A stretch of DNA of 64,000 bases from an uncultured Candidatus Peribacteria bacterium (GTDB taxonomy: Bacteria > Patescibacteriota > Gracilibacteria > Peribacterales > Peribacteraceae). Location of the stretch: NCBI GenBank assembly GCA_964562885.1, contig CAZLVC010000003.1, positions 10,427 to 74,426 of the forward strand, in the 5' to 3' direction. The notes beneath the pieces were generated by a model. That model was not told the origin of the DNA. It made no database searches and saw only the letters and a program-made list of their open reading frames with translations. Shown here piece by piece: positions 36,328-46,278 of this stretch; position 1 is the stretch's first letter, and each line of letters begins with the position of its first letter. A program made the position numbers and the translations under genes.

Positions 36328-36410
36328 TCCTACCTCAATACCTTCCTTACGCTCTTTACCTCTCATTACTTTAAATCTATAACCTACTCACTGCCAACCA
36401 CAACCTATCA
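36328..36410 (-). repeat. Copy of the GATAGGTTGT.G ... TAGGTTNTAGAT.TAA.GTAA element (minus-strand orientation), 27 nt upstream of murA
   Basis: The reverse complement reads TGATAGGTTGTGGTTGGCAGTGAGTAGGTTATAGATTTAAAGTAATGAGAGGTAAAGAGCGTAAGGAAGGTATTGAGGTAGG. It can be aligned by eye with 46279-46332. Confidence 0.5.
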
Positions 36411-36437
36411 TCCAGCTCTATGCTACACTAGGCGCCT

Positions 36438-37706
36438 ATGTCTCAAATTCAATACCGCATAGAAGGTCAACATACCTTACGTGGAACAGTACAGATAGGC
36501 GGATCTAAAAATGCTGCGCTACCCCTCCTTGCCGCAGCAATAGCGTGCGAAGGGGTCACGAGCCTCACCAATGTACCACGGTTACGGGATATTGAAACGA
36601 TGATAAAAATTCTGAAATTTTTAGACGTACAAGTAACAACGGAAAACTCAACTGTCACCATCGACACCCGTTCAATAAAAAATAAGTCGATTCCTCACGA
36701 ATTAGTATCAAAATTACGTGGGTGTATTGTTCTTTTAGGGCCACTTTTAGCGCGATTTGGCGAAGTAGAGATGTCATACCCTGGTGGGTGTGTTTTAGGT
36801 AAAAGACCAATAGATGCGCATCGAGAAGTGCTTAAGCAGATGGGTGCGAACGATCAAAGCACGACTGAAATTCTGTGCCTTAAAGGAAAGCCAATGAAAG
36901 GGAAAACCGTTCTTGCTGACTTTTCAGTCACAACAACCGAAAACGCTATTATCGCAGCAGCAATGACTGAAGGGGAAACGGTGATAGAGTTAGCTGCTGC
37001 TGAGCCACATGTACAAGCCGTATGCCATTTTTTTGTGGAACGAGGCGTGCAAATAACAGGAATTGGTTCACACCAGCTTTTCATTCAAGGAAAACGAGAA
37101 ATAACGTCTCGTAGTACCCATGCTGTCATTCCAGATTATTTGGAGGCAGGAGTATTTTTACTAGCAGGAGCATTAACAAAAGGAGAAGTAACAATACAGG
37201 GAGCGAACGCAAATGATCTCGTTTCCTTTATTGCAGCACTAAAAAAAGTGGGCGTACGATGCGAAACAGATACCCATGGGGCAATAACAGTGTACGGAAA
37301 AGATTCAGCCCTACAATCGGCATCAATACAAACCAATATCTTCCCTGGCTTCCCAACCGATTTACAAGCACCTTTTGGCGTTCTGTTCACACAAGCACAG
37401 GGTGTCAGTAGAATTTTTGAAGTCCTATTTGAAGGACGAATGGCTTATTTGTATGAGTTAGAAAAAATGGGGGCAAGGGTAGAAATTCTCAATGCACATC
37501 AAGCACTAATCATTGGGGCATCCCCTTTACAGGGTAGGCAAGTTGCAAGCAACGATATCCGTGCTGGGGCAGCAATGGTTCTTGCTGGACTATGTGCCAA
37601 GGGCGAAACAATTGTCACAGACGTGCAGTACATAGAGCGTGGGTACGAAAATCTTCCTGAAAAACTGCGATCCCTAGGGGCAAAAATTATCAGGGAAGAG
37701 GTGTGA
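36438..37706 (+). CDS. murA: UDP-N-acetylglucosamine 1-carboxyvinyltransferase
   Basis: Full-length MurA resemblance (GGSKNAALPLLAAA, catalytic-loop C in PGGCVLGKRPID, FPGFPTDLQAPF). Confidence 0.95.
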   Translation: MSQIQYRIEGQHTLRGTVQIGGSKNAALPLLAAAIACEGVTSLTNVPRLRDIETMIKILKFLDVQVTTENSTVTIDTRSIKNKSIPHELVSKLRGCIVLLGPLLARFGEVEMSYPGGCVLGKRPIDAHREVLKQMGANDQSTTEILCLKGKPMKGKTVLADFSVTTTENAIIAAAMTEGETVIELAAAEPHVQAVCHFFVERGVQITGIGSHQLFIQGKREITSRSTHAVIPDYLEAGVFLLAGALTKGEVTIQGANANDLVSFIAALKKVGVRCETDTHGAITVYGKDSALQSASIQTNIFPGFPTDLQAPFGVLFTQAQGVSRIFEVLFEGRMAYLYELEKMGARVEILNAHQALIIGASPLQGRQVASNDIRAGAAMVLAGLCAKGETIVTDVQYIERGYENLPEKLRSLGAKIIREEV

Positions 37707-37773
37707 CTTTATTGAAATAAGAAGAAATTATGTTGTTAAACTTACCCATCATTACATAACCAATTTTATTTAT

Positions 37774-38355
37774 ATGACGATCGATTCATTAGTCTTGATG
37801 CTAAATGAGCATAAAATATTCTTGCTTACAGCTCATATTCTAGGGACAGTTTTCGGCCTAGGGGGTGCTAGTATTGCGGATCTTCTCTTTTTTCGATTTT
37901 TAAGAGACTACAAAATATCATCAAAAGAATCCGATATTTTGAGTTTTCTGAAAAATATCATCCTTTCTGCGCTGTTGCTTATTATTGTTTCAGGTATTGG
38001 GTTGTTTATGACTGATATCGAAAAATACAGCAACTCAGGACCATTTCTTGTGAAGATGATCATCGTTTCTATTGTCACAATTAATGGATTTGCATTGCAT
38101 ATCGTTGTAGCACCACACCTACTACGTCTTAATTTCCATCATCATAAAAAACGATATCAAAGATGGCGAAAGATTGCATTCATGTTAGGCGGCATCTCTG
38201 TGTGTTCTTGGTATAGCTCATTCCTTATCGCTATGCTCAAATCTAAGCTTACACAAAGTTTCACCATTCTCTTTGGCGGATATCTTGTCATCTTAATAAT
38301 TACGATCATCTTGTCACAATTTATTGAGCAACGAATAGTACTAAGAAAGAAATAA
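37774..38355 (+). CDS. Integral membrane protein (about 5 TM), unknown function
   Basis: 193-aa ORF with repeated hydrophobic helices. No firm family assignment. Confidence 0.55.
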   Translation: MTIDSLVLMLNEHKIFLLTAHILGTVFGLGGASIADLLFFRFLRDYKISSKESDILSFLKNIILSALLLIIVSGIGLFMTDIEKYSNSGPFLVKMIIVSIVTINGFALHIVVAPHLLRLNFHHHKKRYQRWRKIAFMLGGISVCSWYSSFLIAMLKSKLTQSFTILFGGYLVILIITIILSQFIEQRIVLRKK

Positions 38356-38376
38356 TCAGACGCTTACTAAATACTG

Positions 38377-38452
38377 TGGTAGTCCCGGCGGGAATTGAAC
38401 CTGCATTTACCCCTTAGGAGAGGGTCGTTCTATCCAATTGAACTACGGGACC
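38377..38452 (-). tRNA. tRNA-Arg (anticodon CCU), CCA encoded
   Basis: The minus strand reads GGTCCCG-TA-GTTC-AATTGGATA-GAAC-G-ACCCT-CTCCTAA-GGGGT-AAAT-GCAGG-TTCAATT-CCCGC-CGGGACT-A-CCA. It has a G1:U72 pair and one A:C mismatch in the T stem. Confidence 0.8.
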
Positions 38453-38507
38453 TAAAAAGCTTAAAGATGGCTTTCGCCCTCTATTCTACAGGACTAGAAC
38501 CTACTTC

Positions 38508-39038
38508 CTAGCCAAGTAATACTACTTGCCTAGAATCTTGTGGCAACGAACCTGGCTTAACTTTTAGCTCATTTATTGGACTAACCGAAGGCTGGCCTAA
38601 TGCCTTAGCAACGCCTGAAGTATCGCCATCTTTCACGTCAAATAATACGACAATACGCGGGTCAATCGATTCGATAATTGCTGTCACTTTTTTGGGCTGA
38701 TCAGCAGCGATCACCAGCACGTCAACGTCACCTAATCGCTCAATGTCCGAATCTGTCCAATCTAACACTGGTGCGTCAATAAACCCAAGACGCACACCAT
38801 CGGCTACACATTGGTAACTAACTTGCTTACCTTGATCTTGCCCTATGCCTCGCATCGTCACTCCTAAAAAATCGTACTCCCCTGGCCAACTGATTACTGA
38901 GGGGCTGGACAAAATTTCCTCAGGATGACTAAGAAGTGACCAAACGCCTTGCTGAGGCTCATCCGAAAATACAAAAAAAGTAGCAGTAGACGATTGCACC
39001 TTGCATGCAGAACCTTTCGTAGTAGAAATAGTAATCAT
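38508..39038 (-). CDS. Hypothetical protein (176 aa)
   Basis: ORF of ordinary composition. No catalytic motif recognised. Confidence 0.5.
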   Translation of the reverse strand: MITISTTKGSACKVQSSTATFFVFSDEPQQGVWSLLSHPEEILSSPSVISWPGEYDFLGVTMRGIGQDQGKQVSYQCVADGVRLGFIDAPVLDWTDSDIERLGDVDVLVIAADQPKKVTAIIESIDPRIVVLFDVKDGDTSGVAKALGQPSVSPINELKVKPGSLPQDSRQVVLLG

Positions 39039-39104
39039 AGCTTTAGAAGTGTATCAGTGAACGGAAAACGAGGAAAGTGAGTGATTAAAGAGAATAAAAG
39101 GAAA

Positions 39105-42100
39105 TTAATGATTCTTTTCCTTTTCTACGGACTTCCTCTTTCCTTTTTTTCGCTCTAAAAATTGAAGATGATTTTTTAATTCAGTCAACCAGAGATCGGA
39201 CCCAGCATGTTTTTTCATCAAAGCTTCGCTGATGCGTATGGTAGAACCAACAATGCGCCAATCGGGGCATTTGGAGAGTAACTGCATAATTTCAGTTGCA
39301 GTAACACGGGGTGAAAGTGTTACAACAACATCACGCTGCTTTGCACTTAAAGAATCCATGGAAATTCGCTGCACCCCACTGCGTCGACAGGTCATTTTTA
39401 GTTGCAAAATATGAAAGAGGTTCTGGGTGGCAAGAGGTAATGGACCGTACTCTTCGCGCAAGTCGCGTTCAAACTCTGCTAGCATCGCCTCATCCTCACT
39501 GCCAGCCAATTTTTGATACACCGAAATTTTCTCCTGCTCATCGGTAATATAATACGCAGGCAGAAGAGCTTCAAAAGGTAAGATAATTTCAATTGCTGCG
39601 CCTATGTCCTCCTCTTCTGACTTTCCTCCGGATTGGAGGTCTTCTACCGCACTTTTAAGCATGCGCAAGTAATGCCCAACACCAACTGTTTGCATATTGC
39701 CAGACTGACTTGCGCCCAAAATTTCGCCCGCTCCACGAATTTCAAGGTCACGCATAGAAATTTGAAAACCCGACCCCAATTCGCTTGCCTCAACAATTGC
39801 ACGTAGACGCTTTTTTGCGTCATCTTTTAATCGTTGTGAATGATATAAAAGATAGGCATACGCCTGTACTGTTCCACGACCAACACGACCGCGTAATTGA
39901 TATAATTGAGAAAGACCAAATTTCTCAGCCTCATTAACAATTAACGTATTTGCACTGGGAAGATCGATGCCATTTTCGATGATGGTAGAGCTAACAAGAA
40001 CCGAAAACTTCTTATTCTTAAAATCTAAAATTCTCTCCTCTAGAACCTCTGGTTTTAATTGACCGTGCGTGACTACAAACGTCGCCTGCGGAATGAGGGC
40101 ACGCAATTTCATGGCAAAGGCATCAATTGTCTCAACACGATTATGGAGAACGTACGCCTGACCACTGCGATTAATTTCCTTAAGTATCGCCTCGCGAACA
40201 AGCGCATCTGAATACTTACGAACTTCGGTAATAATTGGTAAACGACCAGGTGGCGGAGTGGTAATGGTCGTAATATCGCGCAATTTATGTAGCCCTAAAT
40301 TGAGGGTGCGCGGAATGGGAGTAGCTGTGAGAGTGAGGATATCAACCGACGCCCGCATGTCTTTTAATCGCTCTTTTTGCTCTACACCAAAACGCTGCTC
40401 TTCATCGATAATCACAAGACCTAAGTTTTGAAATTCCACATCTGCCTGCAACAAACGATGTGTACCAACGATGATATCAATTTTTCCCTCTGCTAATTTA
40501 GAAAGAATAACCTTTTGTTCTTGCGCTGTACGAAAACGCGAAAGCATTTCAATGCGAATATCAAAACCCTCCATTCGCTTAAGGAGACTACGATAATGCT
40601 GATCGGCGAGAATGGTAATAGGCGAAAGAAAGGCAACCTGCTTACCTCCTTGAACAGCCTTAAATGCCGCACGCATGGCAACCTCGGTCTTTCCGAACCC
40701 AACATCTCCACACACAAGACGATCCATAGGGTGCCCACTTTCCATATCTCTCTTAATATCTTCAATTGCCTTCATTTGACCTGGCGTTTCAGTATAGGGG
40801 AAGCTTTGATCAAATTTTCGTTGCCTCTCTGAATCTTCAGGGTATTGATACCCTTTTGCCTTCGCTCTTTTTGCGTAAATTTCTAACAACTCTTTTGCAA
40901 TGCGCTGAGTTTCTTCGCTGACTTTTTTTACAGCCTTTTTCCATTCTTGGGAACCCAAACGAGTAAGAACTGGTTCCACCCCCTCTTCCACAACGTATTT
41001 ACTAAGCTTATCTGCCTGATCAACCGGTACAAACAATTTATCGTTTTCGGCATAAGTAATTTCCAGATACTCACGCTCTACATCATCAATAATCTTTGTG
41101 GTCATTCCCTCAAAGCGACCAATTCCATGCTCCATATGGGCAACAAAGTCACCAGGCTGAAGCGAGGTAATAAAATCTAATGCCAAACGCTGTACCGATT
41201 TTTGTTTAGCTTCTCGACGTAGGGTAAAAATTTCACGATCGGTAATAAGGGCCACTTTTAAGTCAGGATTTTGAAGAGAGTGTGGTAAAAGTGAATCTTC
41301 ATCGGCAGACACAATGGTAACCGAACCAGGGCGACTTTCAGGTGGTAAAAGAAAGGGAATCGATTCGTCGCGTAATACCCCTTGCAACTCCTCACTTCTT
41401 TTTGAAACGATAGTAATAGACCAATCCTGGACTAATTTATCGCGTATATCATTAACAAAATCGGAAAGAGTATAGAATTTAAGAACTGAAAGATAACGAA
41501 GGTGTGCATGTCCCTCGTTGGAGTCTGGAAAACTGGTTAAAGAAATATGTAGAGGCTTTGTGGCGCATACAAGGTCTTCCTGCTCATCACTGATGAGTAC
41601 TGTTCGCTGAGGAAGTTGCCTTGTAAGCGGGGCTACCTCCTCCCACACCAATGGAAACATTACCAATTCTTCATACACCTCTCCAGAAATTCTAGTAATG
41701 GTATCCACCTGTTCATATGAAAAACAAATCGTATACTCGTTTCGTTCTCCTACAGGGAAAATGTGAACCGTATCGCCAACTTTTCGATACTCACCTGGAG
41801 AAAGATTTGTATCGTCGGAATGCTGATATCCAAGATCAATGAGTGTGGAAAAAAAATGTGTAAAGTTTACCTTCTTTCCTTGTTGAATTTTTAATGAATT
41901 TTTTTGAAGCTCTGTAAAAAGTGGTAAATCCATGTCCCAAACTGCTCGCGAGAAGACTGGCAAACCCTTGCCCAACATAAACTGTACAAACGATGTAATA
42001 TCATACGCACTTGGCTCATCAGAAAATTGAAAATGAAATGCAGGCTGCTCGAAAAAAAGAAGCCAATGAATGATGCTTTCGCACTGTTCATCATTTTGAC

Positions 42101-42275
42101 AGAGTACTGCTCCTGGTTTTTGCAACAAGAGAAGAAGGTGGCTAATGAGTAGAGATTTTGCTGTTTCATTTGAAAGGCCAGAAACAGTTAACGATCGTCT
42201 GTCTAAAAGGAGAGACGTTAATTCTTGATGTGTTTCGGAACCAATGCAAAGTGACGGAATCATAAAATTAAACAA
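39105..42275 (-). CDS. mfd: Transcription-repair coupling factor Mfd
   Basis: CarD/TRCF RNAP-interacting domain (GDFVAHMEHGIGRF), SF2 motor (GDVGFGKTEVAMRAA, IIDEEQRFGV, TATPIPRTL, RGRVGRG) and a TRCF C-terminal domain. Position 42275 is a TTG; an ATG at 42263 is an alternative start. Confidence 0.92.
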   Translation of the reverse strand: MFNFMIPSLCIGSETHQELTSLLLDRRSLTVSGLSNETAKSLLISHLLLLLQKPGAVLCQNDEQCESIIHWLLFFEQPAFHFQFSDEPSAYDITSFVQFMLGKGLPVFSRAVWDMDLPLFTELQKNSLKIQQGKKVNFTHFFSTLIDLGYQHSDDTNLSPGEYRKVGDTVHIFPVGERNEYTICFSYEQVDTITRISGEVYEELVMFPLVWEEVAPLTRQLPQRTVLISDEQEDLVCATKPLHISLTSFPDSNEGHAHLRYLSVLKFYTLSDFVNDIRDKLVQDWSITIVSKRSEELQGVLRDESIPFLLPPESRPGSVTIVSADEDSLLPHSLQNPDLKVALITDREIFTLRREAKQKSVQRLALDFITSLQPGDFVAHMEHGIGRFEGMTTKIIDDVEREYLEITYAENDKLFVPVDQADKLSKYVVEEGVEPVLTRLGSQEWKKAVKKVSEETQRIAKELLEIYAKRAKAKGYQYPEDSERQRKFDQSFPYTETPGQMKAIEDIKRDMESGHPMDRLVCGDVGFGKTEVAMRAAFKAVQGGKQVAFLSPITILADQHYRSLLKRMEGFDIRIEMLSRFRTAQEQKVILSKLAEGKIDIIVGTHRLLQADVEFQNLGLVIIDEEQRFGVEQKERLKDMRASVDILTLTATPIPRTLNLGLHKLRDITTITTPPPGRLPIITEVRKYSDALVREAILKEINRSGQAYVLHNRVETIDAFAMKLRALIPQATFVVTHGQLKPEVLEERILDFKNKKFSVLVSSTIIENGIDLPSANTLIVNEAEKFGLSQLYQLRGRVGRGTVQAYAYLLYHSQRLKDDAKKRLRAIVEASELGSGFQISMRDLEIRGAGEILGASQSGNMQTVGVGHYLRMLKSAVEDLQSGGKSEEEDIGAAIEIILPFEALLPAYYITDEQEKISVYQKLAGSEDEAMLAEFERDLREEYGPLPLATQNLFHILQLKMTCRRSGVQRISMDSLSAKQRDVVVTLSPRVTATEIMQLLSKCPDWRIVGSTIRISEALMKKHAGSDLWLTELKNHLQFLERKKGKRKSVEKEKNH

Positions 42276-42383
42276 TACGTACGAAAGAAATGAAGGGCTC
42301 TTTTAAGAAAAAGAGCGTACTCACATAAAACCGAAAGGGAACATGTAATTCTTAAAATTTTCTTCTTCAATAGATATCATACA

Positions 42384-43526
42384 TTATTCCTCCTGTAGTC
42401 GCAATGGCATAATAAGGTGTAAATACTCGTGTTGTGTGGGTAATTTAAAAACTGCAGGATGCATTTTATCAAGTAATTCAATAACCACTTCTTCTGTAGA
42501 AATTCTTGGTAAAAAGTCCATTAAATACGTCGATGAAAGTGCAATTTTTGTGTCCTCTCCTTCAAGTGAGGCTGTAATGGAGGATTCATCTCGTCCTAAT
42601 TGAGTTTGCTTTGTGGTGATATGAATTCCATCTGCCTTAGAAAAAGTAAAAGTAATATTGTTACTCTGTTCTTTTGCAAAGTAATGCATACGCTTAATGG
42701 TACTTAGTAAATCTTTAACATTCACAACAACTAAGGACTTCTTTTCTTTTGGTAATACTTGTAAATAATCTGGAAATTTTCCATCAATTAATCGACTAAA
42801 CATCTTCGTAGACCCAAGGTGAACTTCTATTTGCTGAGTACCGAGCATTATTTCAATAAAAAGATCATTTGAAGAATTTTTTCCTTCTAGGTGCGATAAT
42901 TCAGCAATAATGACTCCTTTTAATTCTTCTAAAAATCGTGCAGGGATAATACAAGAAACTGATCCTTCTACTGATTTTATTTTAATTTTATACTCCGAAA
43001 GACGATAACTATCTGTTCCTACCAAAATTAACTCATCGCCTTCTAGTCGGACAAAAACACCTGAAATGACTGGTCTTGACGTTGTTTTTGCACAGGAAAA
43101 AGTAACTAAATTTAATCCAGTAAGTAAAGCATGAGCAGAAAGTGAAATGGTTGTTTCTTTTTCAATTCCAATAATATTAGGAAAACCATTAGCTGCCTCA
43201 CCTGCAATGGTAGCTTTTGCGCGTTTTGATGATAATTTTAATTGAGTTCCCTCACTACTTTCAATGATAATTTCTGGATCTTGATTATATTGAATAAAAT
43301 GAAGAATTGCCTTTGCTGGAATAGTTATTGAACCCTCATTTTCTATAGAAACTTCAAAACTTGTTACAATAGAAATTTCTAAATTTGTCGCACTTAAAAT
43401 ACAGGAATTTCCTTCCGCTTTAATGAGAATATTTTGTAAAATAGGAAGCACCTGATCGGTTCCTATTGCTCGACCAACTAATTGTAAACCATTTAAAAAA
43501 TCACTTGTTTTACATGAAAATTTCAT
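42384..43526 (-). CDS. dnaN: DNA polymerase III beta sliding clamp
   Basis: 380-aa ORF with three-domain beta-clamp resemblance (MKFSCKTSDFLNGLQLVGRAI...LPILQNILIKAEG...; ...MPLRL C-terminus). Confidence 0.9.
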   Translation of the reverse strand: MKFSCKTSDFLNGLQLVGRAIGTDQVLPILQNILIKAEGNSCILSATNLEISIVTSFEVSIENEGSITIPAKAILHFIQYNQDPEIIIESSEGTQLKLSSKRAKATIAGEAANGFPNIIGIEKETTISLSAHALLTGLNLVTFSCAKTTSRPVISGVFVRLEGDELILVGTDSYRLSEYKIKIKSVEGSVSCIIPARFLEELKGVIIAELSHLEGKNSSNDLFIEIMLGTQQIEVHLGSTKMFSRLIDGKFPDYLQVLPKEKKSLVVVNVKDLLSTIKRMHYFAKEQSNNITFTFSKADGIHITTKQTQLGRDESSITASLEGEDTKIALSSTYLMDFLPRISTEEVVIELLDKMHPAVFKLPTQHEYLHLIMPLRLQEE

Positions 43527-43589
43527 AAAGATGAAGGAAGGGGGTAAGTGTACAGAATGAATAATTTTTTTTCTATAGGAAATTTTTAC

Positions 43590-43930
43590 ACATTCATTAT
43601 TTTTCTTTCATGATCATATTAATAAATAATAAATAAATTTAATTAAATTAGTTATAATAAAGGACTAGTGACAAAAAACTAAAAAAGTAGTGTGTTCTCT
43701 GTAAAAATCTTGTTGAGTAGGAAAATTACTCGATCAGATTATGGCTGATATAAAAGAAATATAGTAAAAATATGTTCATATATTTTGTCTGACTTTTTTG
43801 TGGAAAAAGTGTGGAAAGATCTAGGGTGAATGGCTTTAGTCCATTGATGATGATTTATATTAAAAAAATGTAAGGTATGTGGAAAATACGGTAAAAATGG
43901 ATGTATAAATTTATGAAGAAATCCACAGTT
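43590..43930. other. Candidate chromosomal replication origin (oriC): DnaA-box cluster plus AT-rich tract
   Basis: TGTGGAAAA at 43799-43807 and 43878-43886, and TGTGGAAAG at 43810-43818 (reverse complements TTTTCCACA / CTTTCCACA). AAATCCACA lies at 43919-43927 in the opposite orientation. An almost pure A/T tract at 43611-43665 contains AATAAATAATAAATAAA. The site is in the 534-bp gap upstream of dnaN. Confidence 0.45.
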
Positions 43931-44060
43931 TATTTTTCTTATTCGACTAAAAAGAAAATGAATTCCACTTGCAAGAAATTTATAACAACGCGCTTATACT
44001 ATCCTAGCATTACTAAAACAAATCGTAAGGTTGAGGGGCTCCCTGTAGTGCGGGAATAAT

Positions 44061-45365
44061 TTAAATAATTTTCTTTTTAAATTTTTCTCGATCGGTGCCT
44101 ATGAAGCCAGCTTTATTAGGCCGAATTTCATTCGCATCTAGCGAGGCATTCTTAACAAAAGAAGTATCAGGAACATCTTTAGTCACTAAACATCCAGTTG
44201 CGATAAAACTACCTTTACCAATTTTTACTCCAGGCGCAAGCGAGGTGTGTACACCTGTTTTAACACCCTCTCCTAAAATTGTTCCAAATTTCACAGCATG
44301 AGTTGCCATCAATTCCCCCTTTAATTGCGAGTGAATCATTTGTTCGTCTAGTCGCAAGTTCGCGGTGATTGTTCCTCCACCTAACGAACAATACGAACTA
44401 ATGACAGAATCGCCTACGTAACTCATATGTGTCCACACCTCCGAGCCAATAATTGACCTTGCGACTTCCGTGCTAAAGCCAATGACACATCGCTCACCAA
44501 TAGAGCTGCCGCGGATAAGCGTGTTATTCGCAATAATGCTCCCCTTTCCAATATATGCTGGACCAACAATAGTGGCATGAGGATGGACTTTCACATCTTC
44601 ATCAATAACGACAGATCCTGAAAGAACAGCAGAAGGATGAATGGTTGCAGAAGGATGAATGGTAGGATGTTCATTTTTTGGTAACAGTAAGGGCAGCACG
44701 CGAAGGAGGTGCCAGGGGAATTTTACAGGTTCCCAAATTCCTTCGTACAGAACCGATTCATAGTGTGCTACTGAAAACAGTTCTTGCAGCGCTACTTCGT
44801 ATCCATCATCTTTAGTTGGTTGCACAGATTGTAATGTTTGTAAAAGGGTTTTTGCAGAGGGGTGGTAGTGCGTCACGATATTAATGAGATTACTTGGCTC
44901 GTTCCCTGCTCCAGGTTTTTCGATAATCGAAGTGATACGATTTTTAGTGAGTGAGAGATATCCTCCTGGAAAATATTCTAAAACCTTTCGCGCAAGAATG
45001 TACCCCTTCGTTGGATCTTTTTTTACTAAAGAGTTAAGTGATTGAAATGCAGATGTTTCAAGTACGTCATTTGCGCTGACAATAAGTACCGAATTATTTT
45101 TACACTGAGGCAATGCCGAAAGTAGCGCGCCACGCATTCCTAAGTTTACATCTTCCTGTTCGATACAGGTATGTGTAGGTAACAACTTCTGTGCTTCAGC
45201 AAGATTGTGTTTTCCCCCGACAAGAACGATCTCCGTTATTCCAACGTCTTCTAATTGCTGCACCTGTCTTTGTAGGAGAGTTTTTCCTGCAATTGTGAAG
45301 AGGTTCTTGTCTTCCAGAGGCCAGAAACGGGTAGATCTACCTGCAAAAATAAGAAGCGCAATCAT
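44061..45365 (-). CDS. Sugar-phosphate nucleotidyltransferase with C-terminal left-handed beta-helix (GlmU/RmlA-like)
   Basis: N-terminal ALLIFAGRSTRFWPL (GxGTRxxPL-like) Rossmann domain. The C-terminal third has hexapeptide-repeat character (…IGERCVIGFSTEVARSIIGSEVWTHMSYVGDSVI…). Confidence 0.75.
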   Translation of the reverse strand: MIALLIFAGRSTRFWPLEDKNLFTIAGKTLLQRQVQQLEDVGITEIVLVGGKHNLAEAQKLLPTHTCIEQEDVNLGMRGALLSALPQCKNNSVLIVSANDVLETSAFQSLNSLVKKDPTKGYILARKVLEYFPGGYLSLTKNRITSIIEKPGAGNEPSNLINIVTHYHPSAKTLLQTLQSVQPTKDDGYEVALQELFSVAHYESVLYEGIWEPVKFPWHLLRVLPLLLPKNEHPTIHPSATIHPSAVLSGSVVIDEDVKVHPHATIVGPAYIGKGSIIANNTLIRGSSIGERCVIGFSTEVARSIIGSEVWTHMSYVGDSVISSYCSLGGGTITANLRLDEQMIHSQLKGELMATHAVKFGTILGEGVKTGVHTSLAPGVKIGKGSFIATGCLVTKDVPDTSFVKNASLDANEIRPNKAGFIGTDREKFKKKII

Positions 45366-45392
45366 ACAAAGAAAAGAGGAAGCAAACGAAAA

Positions 45393-46259
45393 TTATGGAC
45401 GGAAGTGAATAGATTCTACATTTTTCTTATTAGGTTCCCAAATAACCTCAATCGTTCCGTGGACGTCTGTACGAAGAATTGATGTGTTTATTGCACGAAG
45501 ACGCTTTATAACGGCGGAATGCGGATGCCCAAAATGGTTATCTATTCCCAGTGAAATAATAGAAGTTTGAGGCATTACACGGAGCAGAAAGCCAGTTGAA
45601 GATGAAGTTTTACTTCCGTGATGTGGAATTTTAAGAATATCAGATTGTAACTCTTGCGAGGCGTGCGTTAGTACATCTTCTACTTTTTTTTCTATATCCC
45701 CTGTAAACAGCGCAGAATGTTTGCCACTCTGGAGACGAAAAACGAGCGATTGATTATTACGTTTTTCGGCAAATGAGGCAGTTAAATTTTTAGGAGGCCA
45801 AAGCACATGAAGCGAAAAGTTATCTTCAAGAAGAATCTTGTCTGAAGCACTGCTTATCGTCGTAGGAATGTGTTGGGCTAACGAAAGAATGTGCCCCGCA
45901 ATGCCTCTTGAGCCTTCGTTTAATTCGCTCACAAGTAAACGTTTTACATCGTAGCGCTTAAGTACTTCCGCAATACTGGTACTATGGTCTAGGTCAAAAT
46001 GCGAGAGGACAACAAGATCGATAGAACGATCGAAAAAAGGCATGACTTTGCCAAGTTCTTCCAATGTTTTCCAACTTGGACCACCGTCAATAAGTATTTG
46101 TTTTCCTTGAGGGGTAAGAATAAATGCGCTGTCCCCTTGTCCAACATCAAAAAAATACAGATGAGTTTTTCCGTCGGGATATAATGATATTTCGCGAACA
46201 GTACACAGAGCAAGAACGACAATGATGCCTAAAAAAATACGCGGAATGATTTGAGGCAT
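45393..46259 (-). CDS. ComEC/Rec2-type metallo-beta-lactamase domain protein with N-terminal TM
   Basis: FFDVGQGDSAFI, VLSHFDLDHS and IPHHGSKTSSS motifs. ORF-track start 46268 is a TTG; the ATG at 46259 (MPQIIPRIF...) is preferred. Confidence 0.8.
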   Translation of the reverse strand: MPQIIPRIFLGIIVVLALCTVREISLYPDGKTHLYFFDVGQGDSAFILTPQGKQILIDGGPSWKTLEELGKVMPFFDRSIDLVVLSHFDLDHSTSIAEVLKRYDVKRLLVSELNEGSRGIAGHILSLAQHIPTTISSASDKILLEDNFSLHVLWPPKNLTASFAEKRNNQSLVFRLQSGKHSALFTGDIEKKVEDVLTHASQELQSDILKIPHHGSKTSSSTGFLLRVMPQTSIISLGIDNHFGHPHSAVIKRLRAINTSILRTDVHGTIEVIWEPNKKNVESIHFRP

Positions 46260-46278
46260 AAGTGGCAAAGTGTACCAT

